From positions 558,001-622,000 of the forward strand of contig JABVCE010000002.1 of assembly GCA_014905635.1 (NCBI GenBank): 64,000 nt of DNA. Reading direction: 5' to 3'. The position numbers and the translations under genes were made by a program. Position 1 is the stretch's first letter. Every line of letters starts with the position of its first letter. Shown here piece by piece: positions 33,789 to 46,216 of the stretch. Source of the stretch: Scenedesmus sp. PABB004. Its lineage: Eukaryota. Below the pieces are notes generated by a model that saw only the letters and a program-made list of their open reading frames with translations, was not told the DNA's origin and did no database searches.

Positions 33789-36700
33789 ATGAGCGGCCTG
33801 CCGCGCCGTGCTGCGCCGCTCCCTCGCCCGCCAGCGCGCCGGGCCGGGCCCTGCATGCGCCCCGCGCTGCTGCGCGCCCTCCTGCCGCCCCGCGGCCTCC
33901 CCGCAGCCTGCCGCGCCGCGGTCGCGGAGCTGACCGACATGGGGCCCCGCCGGGACAAGGGGGGCCCCAAGAAGGCGCACTACACCTGCCACGCGCAGGC
34001 GCGGCGCCGCTGCCGCCGCTGCCGCGGACGCCGTGCAGCGGCTGCGGGGCCGCGCCGGCGCCGGCCCGCGCGCCCCGGCGGCAGCTCGGTGGGCCCTGAT
34101 CCCTCCCGGGCGGCGCGCCGCGCCGGGCGCAGGTGTTCAACGTCGACAACCGCACCGCCTCGCCGAGCGTGCTGCTCACGTTTGACTCGGCGCGCTACCT
34201 GTTCAACGCGGGCGAGGGCATCCAGCGGCACTTCATCGAGTACAAGCAGAAAATGAACAGGGTGCGCGCCGCACGCGAGGGGCCAAGGGCGCGGCGGCCG
34301 CGGGCGGCGGCGCCGGCGGCGGCAGCACTCGACTGCCCACGCGCCCGCCCGCCGCCGCGCCCGGCGGCGCCCAGATCACCACGGTGCTGGCCACGCGCGT
34401 GCACCCCGACGCGCTCGCGGGGCTTCCAGGTGCGCGCCGGCACACCGCGCGCAGGCGCCGGCGCTCGCCGCGGCCGCGCAGCCCACGCCGCCGCCGCCGC
34501 CGCCGCCGCGGCCGCCGCAGGCATGCTGCTGAGCCAGGTCGCGCCGGGCTCGGACGGCCTGTCGGACGACGCCGTCAAGGCGGCCCTGCACGGTGCGCGG
34601 CACGGCGGCGGCGGGCGCCGGCCGGCGCCGGCGGCGGCCCGCGCCGCCGCCGGCCCGCGCCCGAGGCGCGCCGCGCGCCCCCTCGCCGGCCGCAGGCCCC
34701 GACGGCCTCGCGCGCTACTGCGGCGCGTTCCGGCAGTACGCGTCGTCCTTCAAGCTGGACGTGCGCGAGCTCGGTGAGCAGCGGGGCGGGGCAGCAGCGG
34801 GTCAGCAGCAGCGGCGGCGGCGGCCGGCGGCGCCCGCGCGGGCGCCCGCGCGGGCGCCGCCGCCGACCGCGCCCCGCGCGCTGCGCCGCGCAGGGCCGTC
34901 CAGCCAGGGCGCGGCGGTCGCGGACGACTTTGTGAGCATCACGCCCGTGCCGCTGCTGCCAGCCAGCGGCGCCGGCGGCGGCGCGGACGCGCCCGAGGAG
35001 GCGGGCGAGCCGCCGGCGGGCGGCGACGCAGCGGCGGCGGTGGAGGCCGACGGCACCGCGGGGGCGCCGCCCGGCGCGGCCGCCGAAGAGCCGGCGCCCA
35101 AGCGGCAGCGCACCGCCGCGGGCGGTATGCCGGGCGCCGTTGCCGCCGGCGCGGGCGCCGCCGGCGCGGGCCTGGGGCGCGTGTCGCCGCTGGCGCCGCT
35201 GGTGCTGAGCTACGTGTGCCAGCTGTCGAGCACGCCCGGCAAGTTCGACCCCCAAAAGGCGGCGCAGCTGGGCGTGCCGCGCGGTCCGGTGAGGCGGGCC
35301 GGGCGGGCCGGGCGCGCGTGCGGCCAGCCGCGGCGGCGGCGGTCGCAGCTAGCAGCGCGAGGGCTGCGCAACCGCCGCCGCGCCCCTCACGCCGCCGCCG
35401 CCGCTGCCGCCGCCCGCCCCTCCGCGCGCAGCTGTTTGGCGAGCTGCAGCGCGGCAAGAGCGTGACCGCCGCCAACGGCCGCGTCGTCACGCCCGCCGAC
35501 GTCATGGACCCGCCGGAGCTGCCGGGCGCGTGCCTGGTCGTCGTCGACTGCCCCAGCGCCGCGTACCTGCCGGCGCTGCAGGACGCGCCCGCGCTGGCCG
35601 CGCTGCGCGAGCAGGCGGCGGCGGGCGGGGGCGGCGCCGGCGGCGCCGCCGCGACGGCGGCGCCCGCGGGCCGGCTGGTGCTGGTGCACCTCGGCCCGGC
35701 CGAGGTCACGGGCAGCGACGCGTATCGGGCCTGGCTGGCGGGCTTTGGCGCGCGCGCGGAGCACCTCGCTGCCGCCGCGGACGCGCAGGCCGCGCCCACG
35801 ACGCTGCGCGCGGCGGTGCTGCAGGCGCAGCTCAACGCCATTGAGCCGGACGTCTTCAGCCTGCAGGGCTTTGCCGCGCTGGCGCCGGCGGCGGCGGCCA
35901 GCAACGGCAGCAGCGGCGACGACAGCGGCGGCGGCGGCGGCGGGGCGTGGGTGTCCAACGGGCAGCGCGTGGCCAACGGCTACCGGTACACCCTGGCGCC
36001 CAACCGCAACGCGGGCCCCAGCCCGCCTGACGCCGCGCTGCCCGACCTGGCGGCCGTGCAGGTGCGCCCGCGCGCGCCTGCGCGGGCAGCGGCGGCGGCC
36101 GCCGTGCTGGCTGGCTCACGCGCGCCGCGCCGCGCCGCGCCGCAGGCGGCCGTGCGGGAGGGCCGGCCGGCGCTGCACGAGGTGCTGCAAACGTACCGCG
36201 CGGACAAGGCGGCGGCGCAGGCGGCGCCGCCGCCGCCGCAGCTGGCGGGCTTTGGGCGGTGAGCCCGCCGCCGACGCGCGCCGCCGCGCGGCCACGCGCG
36301 CGTGCCGGCCGGCGGCGCACGCGCCGACCCCGACGCCCGCCCGCCCGCCCGTCCGTCCGCCCGCCCGCCCGCCCGCCCGCCGCGCGCGCGCGCGCGCCCC
36401 GCAGGCGCAGCGCTGAGCTGACGCTGCTGGGCACGTGCTCCGCGTGCCCCAGCAACCACCGCAACGTGTCGGCCTACTACCTGGACCTCTTTGACCGCGG
36501 CGGCCTGCTCGCAGACTGCGGTGCGCGCCGCCGCCGCCGCTGCCTGCGCGCGCCCACGCGCCCTGCGCCGCGCCGGCGGCAGGGCGCGGCGCGGCGGCCG
36601 CGCCCCACGCTCGCGGGCGCCCCGCCGCGCGTCTCTCGCAGGCGAGGACACGATGGGGCAGCTCGAGCGCCGCTTCGGCCGCGCCGACGCGGCGCGGCGC

Positions 36701-37543
36701 GTCGCGGGGCTGCGCCTGGTGTGGGTGAGCCACATGCACGCCGACCACCACGGCGGCCTCTACCCGCTGCTGCTGGAGCGCGAGCGCCTGCTCGCGGCCG
36801 ACCGGGTGGCTGCAGGCGGCGGCGACGGCGGCGGCGACGGCGCCGGCGCCGGCGACGACGCGCCGCCGCCGCTGGTCATCCTGGGACCGTGGCCGCTCTT
36901 CCGCGTGCTGTGCGAGTACAGCAAGGCGCTGCCGCTGGGCTTTGCCTTCCTGCCCAACAACCACTTTTACGCCCCGGGGCAGCGCGCGCCGCCGCCGGCC
37001 GCGCTGGCCGCGTACGAGGCCGCCTCGTCGGCCGCGGGGCTCGCGGTCGCGCGGCCGTTTGCGGTGCAGCACGTCGCGCACAGCAGCGGGCTGCAGCTGG
37101 AGAGCGTGGACGGCTGGAAGCTCGTGTTCTCGGGTGGGTGGGCCGGGGTGGGGGGGGGGGGGCAGGCTGTGCGCTGGCTGCCGTGTTCCGGGGGCTGGCG
37201 GCCGCGCCGCGGCTGCGCGGCTGCGCGGCTGCGCGCCCGCCCACGCCGCCCACGCCGCCCACGCCGCACGCTGCTCACGCGCGCTGCCCGCGCCGCGCAG
37301 GCGACACGCGGCCGTGCGCGGGCGTGGTCGAGGCAGCGCGCGGCGCGACGCTGCTGGTGCACGAGGCGACGTTTGACGACGAGCTCGCGGACGAGGCGGT
37401 CGCGAAGAAGCACAGCACGACCGCCGAGGCGCTGTCGGTCGCGGCCGACGCGGGCGCGTTCCGCACCGTGCTGACCCACTTCTCCACGCGGTACCCCAAG
37501 ATACCCGTCATGCGCCCGCCGCCGCCGCCGCCAGGCGGCCCGC

Positions 37544-37580
<37 letters not shown>

Positions 37581-37779
37581 GCCCGCCGCGCCCGGCGGGA
37601 GCGACCTCGCGGCGCTCGGCAGCGTGCTGGTGGGGTTTGACCTCATGTCGCTGAACCTCGCCGACCTCGGCTGGGCGCCCAAGATGCTGCCCGTGCTCGA
37701 CGAGCTCTTCAGGGAGGAGGCGGCGGGCTACGCGGACGACGACGACGCCGACGGCGAGCCGGGCGGCGGCGGGGCGTGA
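33789..37779 (+). CDS. tRNase Z, long form (ELAC2-like)
   Basis: [12 protein letters not shown], flexible arm [61 protein letters not shown] and [10 protein letters not shown]. The start codon is uncertain (33744 or 33789). Confidence 0.92.
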
Positions 37780-37986
37780 CGCGGCCGGGGCGCCCCGGCC
37801 GGCGCGGGCCCGGGCGAGCGCGCGGCGCAGCTTACTCACACGCAGGGCCCCCACACAGCCCCCGCCTCCCCCGCGCGCCGCCTCGGCGGGGCGGGCGCGG
37901 GTCCGATGTTTACGCCAGAGCGCAGCGCGCCCGACACGCCAGCACCGCGGCGCAGCAGCGCCAGCGCCACAGCCGCGCGGCGCCGG

Positions 37987-40397
37987 TCACTGCTTGAACA
38001 GCCCGAGCAGCCGCTGCAGCACGCCGCCGAGGTCGCCCGAGAGCTTGCGCTCCTCCGCCGCCACCTCGCGCTCGACCTGCCAGCGGCGCGGCGCGCGGTC
38101 GGCGGCGGCGCGGGCGCGGCGGGCGGCGCGTGCGCGCTGCTCCTGCGTCTCGCGCTGCTCCTGCGCCGCCGCGCGCCGCGCCGCACCTTGTCCAGCAGCT
38201 TCTGCGCGGTGCGCAGCTCCGCCGCCGCCTCGCGCGCGAGCGCCGCCTCCTCGGCGCTCAGCTCGCGCTCCAGGGTGCCCTCCAGCGCCTCGAGGCGGCG
38301 CTCCAGCACGGTGAAGCCTGGCGGGGTCGCGCGCGCGCGCGCGGCGGCGGACATAGGCAGCAGCGGCGGTCGGGCGGTCGGGCGGGGGCCGCCGGACAGC
38401 GGCGCGGCGCGGCGGCACGAGCGGGCGGCGGTGGCGCGGCGCGCGTGGCGCCCAACCTTTGCCAAAGCTTCGCAGCCCGCCCTCCACGTCGCCCTCCAGC
38501 ACCGCCGCCTCCTTGGCGATGCCCCGCTCCAGCTGGACCGCCTCGCCCTCGATTGTCTGGCCGCGGGGGCGGCGGCGGCGGCGGCGCGGGGAGCTCTGGG
38601 CCCGCGCGCGGCGCGCCCTGCGGGGAAGCCGCCGCCTCGCGGCCGGGGCGGCCGCGCGCGCCGCACCTCGATCAGCGACTTTGGCGGCGGGTGGGGCTTG
38701 CAGGTGTTGTCGGTGAGCTTGAAGTCCGACCACTTGAGCCCCACCTGCTCCACCGCCGCGGTCAGCTCCGGGACGAGCTCCTGGCGGGCGGCAACGCAGG
38801 CGCTCAGGGGCCCTCGGCGCGCGCGGAGCGGGCGCGGGCGCGCACAGCAGGCGGCGCGCCGCCGCCGGCGCCACCGGCGCCGCCGCACCGGCGGCAGCGC
38901 GCGCGCGCGCGTGTAGACGACCGCGCCGCCGTAGCCGTCCCAGGCGTCGTTGCTGCCCTTGTAGTAGACCACGGCGTAGCTGTCCGGCTTGCTCGCGAGG
39001 ATGTACCTGCACACACCGCCCGCGGCACAGCGGCGCGCGCGGTCGGTGTCAACGCCGGGCTTCCTCGCAGCACCGCGCCCGCCCGCCCTTGCCCGGCGCC
39101 CTGCCCTGCAAGCAGCGGCGCCCGCCGTCAGCGCACGGCATCAGGCCGCGCACCAGTCGTCCTGGTAGTGCAGGTACTCGTTGCCGTGGTTGTACAGCAC
39201 GGCGGGCTTGGCGCCGTCCTGCACAAACGTCTGCGCGCACGCGCGAGCCGGGGCGCGGCGGCGGGCGCGGCGGCGGGGCGCGCTGAGCGCACGCGCGCGG
39301 GCGGCGCGCGGGGGCCCTTGTGCGCGCCCGCGCGCGCGATCCGCGCGCCGCCGCGCGCCGCGCGCCGCCGCCGCGGGCCGCGCCTGGATGGTGCTGCGCT
39401 CGATGAAGTCGCCGTTGGGCTTGTTGATGCGCCAGTTGATCTTGGCAGCGAGCTTGCCCGGAGAGGGCACCGCGAAAAAGTGCTCCTGCGCGCGGCGCCG
39501 CGTCGGCGGGCGTGGCCGCGCAGCGTGTGGGCCCCGCCGGGGCGTCGCCGCGCGCGCCGCGCCCGCGCCAGCGCCCGCCCGCCGCCGCCGCGGCGCGCAC
39601 CTGGCAGTCGAAGGTGTCGAACAGCTCGTTCTGGCCCGCCGTGATGTACCAGCGGCCGGTGAAGGCGCCGAGGTCAAAGCCGGCGTCGAGCGCGCAGTCG
39701 GGCGGCACCGGGTAGCGCCCGTCGTCGGCGCGCTGCGGCACGCACTTTTGGTCCGACACCGCGCACGCGTTGAACGTGTCCACCGCCTGGTCACCGTACA
39801 GGTCGCCGCACCTGGAGGTGGGGGGGGGGGGCAGCCCGGCGTGAGGGGGCGCAGGGGGCGTGGGGGCAAGCGGGGTGCGCGGGCGCGGGCGCGGGCGCCG
39901 CCGGCGCGCCTGATCTGGCAGCCTGCCTCGTCCTCCGCCGAGTTGCAGGTGTTGAGGCACACGATGTTCTGCAGGCACTTGGCGTCGCCCAGGCACTGCG
40001 CGGGGCGGCGCGGCCGCGGGCGTGAGGCGGCCGAGCGGCAGCGCCGCGCCGCTGCGCGCGATCGCTTCCCGCGGCGCCGCCGCACCTGCGCGAGCTGCAG
40101 CTGGCACTTTTTGAGCAGGCAGGTCCCGACCTTGACCGTGTCGGTGGCGAGCGCGGGCGGCGGCGCCGACAGCGGCGACAGCGCCAGCGCGCCGGCCGCC
40201 GCGGCCGCCAGCAGCGCTCGCGACAGCGCCGTCGCCGGCGCGTCTTCCGCCGGCGCCGGCGCCGCGTCGCTGCGGCGCCACGCCACGCACGCGGGGCTGA
40301 ACGCGCGTCGCTGGGCCTGCTGGTGGGGCCGCTGGCGCGCGGGCGGGCGAGTGCTGCTGCTGCCGCCGCCGCGCAGCCGCAGCCGCAGCGCCGCCAT
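37987..40397 (-). CDS. VDE: Plant-type violaxanthin de-epoxidase
   Basis: Cys-rich N-terminal domain, lipocalin motifs FTGRWYITAG..FDTFDCQ and NEYLHYQDDWYIL, YYKGSNDAWDGYGGAVVYTR, a Glu-rich tail and a bipartite transit peptide. Confidence 0.95.
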
Positions 40398-41475
40398 GGC
40401 GGGCGAGGCGGTCAGGGCACGCGGTGCGTGACGCGGTGCGTGATCGGCGGCGGCTTCCGGGGTCGCGGCGGGATGATGCCGGGGCGAGCTGCTGTCGAGC
40501 TGTCCTCGCGGCCTCGTCGTCGGCAGAGGGCGCTGCGGCTGGCTCGCGGCGGAGGCGCCTGGCGCGGTGCGCGCGGACGCCAATGAGCCCTGCGGCAGAG
40601 AGAGCGGCGCGCGCGTGGGGCGGCCGCGGTTCGGCGTTGCAACACGCCGCCGCGACCCGAGACCCCGCCAGCCGGCTGCACCACGTGGTCGTCCAACGGC
40701 ATAACGTTCGCCCCAGCTGCGCAAAACGCTGGGGCGCAAGACCTTCACGACGACAAACGCCGGCCGGCGCAAACGCCGCCTCCAGCGCAAACGCCCCCGC
40801 CCCCTGCACGGATGCGCGCGCGCGCGCCCAGCGTTGTGGGCGCCGCCGCCGCCGCCGCCAACGCGACTCTGAGATGCCCTACCCCGCCCCCCGCTCGCCG
40901 CCGGATGCACAGAGAGAGACACCGGCAGCCGCCAATCGCGCGCTGCCGTCCGAGGGTGGGCCGCTCGGTGGCGGCCCCCGTGAGATGTGCTGCTGCTGCC
41001 TGACCCGACCCCGGCGAGGCGATCAACACCCTGCGACGGCCGCTGGCGACCACAGCCCATGCCGCGCCGCGCGCGCGCAATCGCGCCGCGGCGGGCCCCT
41101 CTCAATCCCCCCCGCCCGCCCTCCGCTCGCTCCGCCGCGCGCCGCAATGAGCGGCGGCGATGGGGGCACCAGCTACCATCCCGCCCGGCGCCGAAGAGGT
41201 GATCCCGCCCCGCCCCGCTCGCACCCGCCCGCACACCCGCCCCGGGCCGCGCGGCGGCGGGGGCGTTGCGGCCACCGCCCACCCTGCCACAGCCGCGCCC
41301 CGCCCCTGCCCTGCCCGCCCGGCTCGGGCGCCCCACGGCCCGGCCGCGCGCGCCGGCGCGGCGCGGCCGCGCGGCGCAACGGCGCGCGCGCGGGCCCGGC
41401 GCGGGCTCCCAGGCGGGCCCGCCCCGCGCCTCATTCAATGAGTGACTGAGTGGCTGAGCCTGGCCCCAGTGTGCC

Positions 41476-44400
41476 TCAGAAGAAGAGCTTGTCGTCGCCG
41501 AGGTAGCGGGCGATGAGGGCGGAGTAGTGCGCCTCCAGGGCGGGCCCCGTCAGCGCCTCGGGCGGCAGCGCCGCGCGGCGGTAGGGCAGCAGGGCCTGGA
41601 ACGCGGCCAGCAGGGGCAGCGCCGCGCGGTCGGCGTCGGACATGAGGTGCCGGTAGGCGCCGCCGGGGCGAGTGAGGCAGGCGGCGCGCTGGTAGCGCAG
41701 CAGGAAGAGCGCCTCCTCGCACAGACCCGTCTGGGGTGTGGGGGGCAGGGGGGGGGGGCAGCGGGTGCGGGCGCGGCGGCGGTGTGAGCGGGGCGCCCGC
41801 AGGGCCGGGCCGGCGGGCGGGGCGCAATGCGCGCGGGGCAATGCGCGCGGAATGGGCGCGGCGCGCGCCGCGTGCTGCGTGCTGTGGTGCTGCGTGCTGC
41901 GTGCTGTGTGGCGCGTGTGGCGCGTGCCAGCCCTCACCTGGTTGAGCACGAGGAGCATGTAGAGGTACTCGGGCGCGCCCCAGCTCATGTACACGTTGCG
42001 CAGCCCGCACCCGGGGCTGTACACCCCCAGCGCGCCGCTCAGCGTGCGACGCCGCCTGCGGCGCGGGCCGCGCGGGCGCGGGCGCGCGCAGGCGAGGGCG
42101 CGCGCGGGCGAGGGCGCGTGTGAGGGCGCGCAGGGGCTCGCACGCCGCGCTGTGTGCACGCGCCGCGCCCTCGCTGCGCGACACGCCACGCCACGGCCCC
42201 GGCGGCTGCGCCAACCTGTCAGGGTTTGCGCTGAAGAACTCGCTGTGGCTGATCTGCGGCGCGAAGCGGCAGCCCACGGGGAAGCTCTCGCCCGCGACCG
42301 CCCACTGCGGCTGGCTGCCCCACAGCGGGTGCGCGAGGAGCTTGCCGAGGCTGTGGATGAGCCCCACCAGCGCCATCCAGGGCTTGTCGGGGAACGACAG
42401 CCGGCACAGCTCCGCGACCTGGCGTAGCAGGCGCGAGGCGGGCGTGAGGCGCGCGGCGGGGCGCCGCCCGCGCGCCGGCTCGGCGCCCACCACGCCGGTG
42501 CACTCCCTCACCCCCCCCCCCCCCCCGTCGTCGCGGCGCACCTGCAGCGCGTGCTCCTTAGGTGACATGTCTGGCGTGAGCGGCTCCTCGCCCGGGCCGC
42601 CGAGCGGGCCGCCGGCGTCGCCGATGCTGCCGCGCGGCGCCGCCGCCGTGCCGGCGCCGCCGCCGCCGCTGGCGCCGCCGGCCGCGAGCGCCGCCTCGTA
42701 CTCGCGCATCGACCCCAGCAGGTCAAGCGCCTCCCACACGCTCAACTCGGCGCGGTCGAGCTCGGCAAACGCCTCGGCCTGGCGCTTGGCAAAGTCGAGC
42801 GTCTGCCGCGCGCGGTTGAGCCGCACAAACAGCTCGTACGCCGCGCCCGAGCTGCCCGCGGCGCCGCGGCGCGCAAACAGCGCGCCGCCCGCGGCGCCGC
42901 CGCCGCCGCCGCGGCTGCTGATGCTGCTGATGCTGCTCGCGGCGCTGCCGGCGCTCGCGAGCGCGCCGGCGCCGCGCTGCGGCTCCTCCTGCACGGCCGT
43001 CGGCGACGCCGGCGCCGCGGCGCCGGCCGGCTTCTCCGCGCCGCCGAGCTCCCGCTGCAGCGCGGCCTCCTCCTCTGCGTCGTCAACCTCAACCACGACC
43101 GCGTGCTGCTCCGCCTGGCGCCGCGCCGCGCCCGAGGCGGGCGCCGCGCGCTGCGGCGGCGCCTGCGCCGCGGCGGCGGCCGCGAGGCGCAGGCGGCTCT
43201 CGACCGGCGGCGAGCCGATCGCCGCGAGCTGCTGCGCCTGCTCCAGCGACAGCCGGTGGTGCCCCACCCGGTGGTGCCCGCCCGGCGCGGCGCGGCGGCC
43301 GGGCTCGGCGTCGCCGCGTGGCTGCTCCGGCGCGCGCGTCGCCACGCTCGTGAGCAGCACCGCGCCGTCTGCCTCCAGGCCGTAGTCCGTCGACCCCTGC
43401 CGCCCCAGCGCGAGCGCGTCGGAGCAGTCGACGTAGCCGCCCACGTTGGTGCTGCCGGGCAGCCCGTGGTCGGCCGCGACGCTTGCGCCGCTGCTGCTGC
43501 TGGCGCCGCCGCCGGCGCTGCTCTCGCTGCCGAGCCGCAGCTCCGCGGCGCCGTCCGAGCCTGGCAGCCGCCCCAGCTGCGACAGCTCGACCACCGGGTG
43601 GCGCCGGTCGCCCTCGGCCAGCGGGAGCAGCAGGTCGAGCGCGGAGGGCGCCTGCTCGCCCGCGCGGCACGCCGTCGGCGACGGCGCAAAGGGGTCGCCC
43701 CGCTCCGCCGCCGCCAGCGCCTGGATGGCTGCGTCGAGCCCCGCGCCGCCGCCGCTCATGTCGGTGGCCGAGCTGCGCGCGCTCAGCGGCGACGGCGGCG
43801 TGCCCGACCCCTCACCACCCTCCGCCGCGGCCTGCTGAATCACCGTCTCCAGGCGCGCGCGCCAGGGCATGTTGAGCTCCAGGCTGCCGCGCCGGCGCGC
43901 ATTGGTGCGCGAGCAGTCAAACGACGCGGGGCGGCGCTGGAAGCTCCAGCCCTCCGCCTGGCCCTGGGGCAGCGGCGGCCGCGCAAACGCGTGCTGCTGC
44001 TGCTGCTGCGGCTGCTGCTGCTCCTGGTCTTGCTGCTGCTGCTGGCCGCCGCTTTGCACTCCGGGCAGCGGCGCCGACGTCCAGCTGGCGCCGCCGCTGC
44101 CGCGCTGCGCCGCCGCGCCGGCGCTGGGGATTGCCGACGCCGGGCGCTGCGCGGCGCCGGCAAAGACCGACGGCACCGCCGCATGGCTGGGGGCGGGGCG
44201 CGGCAGGAACGCCAGCGCCGCGGCAGCGCCGGCGGCCGCGCCCGCTGCGCCGCCGCCCGCGCTGAACATCTGCATGCGCGCCGCCGCAGCCGCCGAGGCG
44301 CCGCCAAAGCCAAAGCCGGTGTGGCCAACTGGCGCTGCGGGCAGCGCCGCCGACGTGCTGGCGCCGCCGGCCGCAAACCCGGCCGCCGCGCTCGCCGCCG

Positions 44401-46033
44401 CTGCCATCGCCGCGGCCGCGGACGCGGCCGCCGCCTCCACGCCGCCCGCGGGCGGCTGCGGCGGGCGGCCGCGCGGCGCGGGGCTGGCGCGCCCGATGGC
44501 GCCCGTGGGCTCCTCTGGCAGCAGCCACTGCTCGCACTCGCTGCCCAGCATTGAGCCCTGCCCCTGCAGCTCGACCGACGGGCTCTCCAGCGCCGGCGCC
44601 GCGCCGTCCGGGCTCCCCGCGCCGTCGCGGCCGCCGCCGGCACCGCCGCCCGCCCTGTTGCCCCCTTGCTCGGCCCCGGGGGCGGCAGCGCGGCGCCGCG
44701 CGGCGACGGCGAGCCCGCCGCCACGCCGCCGCCCGGCGCGCCCGGGCTGCGTACAGCAAAGCCGAAGCGCACCACGTGCTCGCCCGTCTCCACGCTGTCG
44801 ATGCTCGCCAGGCTCTGCACGCTGCCCACCGCCGCCACGCCCGCGCCAGCCAGCGCGCCCTGCGGCGCGACGGGCGCGCTGAAGCCCGCCTGCTTCTGCT
44901 GCCGTATGCTGCCGCCGCGCAGCCCGAGCGCCAGCGGCGACGGGCCGGGGCTGAAGAGCGGCGGCGGGCTGTAGGGCGGCAGCGGCGGCACGAGCTGCTG
45001 CAGCGCGGCGAGGTAGCCGCCGGCGGAGCTCGCGCTCGCGTCCGACGCCGCGCGGTCCAGCTCGTGGCCGCCGCCGCCGCCGCCGCCGCCGCTGAGGCTG
45101 GCCGCCGAGCTCACGGGGTTGAGCCCGTACAGCCCCCCGGGCCGCTTGCTCAGGTTGCGCAGCAGCGCCGCGTCTGCGGGCGCGAGCGGCGGGCCGCCCG
45201 GGCTGCCCCAGGGCGCGCCCGCCGCCGCGGCCGCCTGCAGCGACGCCGCGCTGCCGGGCAGCAGCTCGGTGAGCGCGCCGGCCGAGCCGGAGGCGCCCGA
45301 GCGCGGCGGCTCCGAGTCGAGGCTCAGCAGGCTGTTGGTGCTGCTGCCGACGTCGCTCAGCACGACCGGCAGCGAGGGGAAGCGCGCCGCGCGCGCAAAC
45401 TGGCCCGCCCCGTAGCTGGCCGAGGGGAGCGGCGCGCCGCCGGCGTGGCAGTCCGGGCCCTCGCCATGCTGCGCCGCCGCGCCGGCAAAGCCGCCGCCGC
45501 CGCCGCTCGCGGCCAGCTGCGCGGTGTCCGACAGCGATTGATCGCTCCGGCTGCGCTTGATGGGCTTCGCGTCCTCACACGCGTCGGCGCTGCGGGGGCG
45601 AGGGGAAGGGAAGGAGGGGCGGCGGGCGCGGTGGGCGGCGCGGGGGGCAGCAGCGCAGCAGCGGCGGCGACGCAGGCGCGCGCGGCGCGGCGCCGCGCCG
45701 CGCCGCGTCGCGGCGGGGGCCGGCTGCGGCCCAGGTGCTGCCGGGCGCCCGGGGCCCCGCTGGTGCCCCGATCCGCAGCGCTCGGCCGCGCTGGCGGTGC
45801 GCGGCCCCGCGCCAGCTGGGCGGCGATTCGCCGCGTGCCCGGCCCACCCAAACGCGCACCTATGCCCTGCGAGCGAGGCGCCTGCGCGGGCCCGGCGGAG
45901 GGCGCGTGTGAGGCCGCGATAGGCGCACGCGCGAGCGCGGCCGCCCGCCGCGGTCCTCACCGCCGTTCTGCAGCACACAGACGCCTCCGTTCTGCAGGTC
46001 CGAGAAGGAGCGGCTGCGCCGGGGGGTGGCCAT
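41476..46033 (-). CDS. Degenerate myo-inositol oxygenase-like domain (about 41476-42845) with a long low-complexity N-terminal region
   Basis: MIOX-like segments ARQTLDF, LSVWEALDLL, EHALQVAE, GLIHSLGK, PQWAVAGESFPVGC, NPD and GVYSPGCGLRNVYMSWGAPEYLY. The join to the 5' exons needs an inferred intron at 44772-44564. Confidence 0.75.
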
Positions 46034-46216
46034 GGAGCTCAAGCCATCGTGGCCTCCTCGACGGGCCGCTGCAGGGCGGCTCTCGCGGTCTGCTGCGCGC
46101 GGGGGGGACTGCGGATGGACTGTGTGCGCCTGGGCGGGGGCGGACGGGAGCGTTGCCGGCGGCGACGGCGGCGGGGCACGGAGCCCTGGCGCCGCCGCGT
46201 CCGCGCGGGCGCGTCG

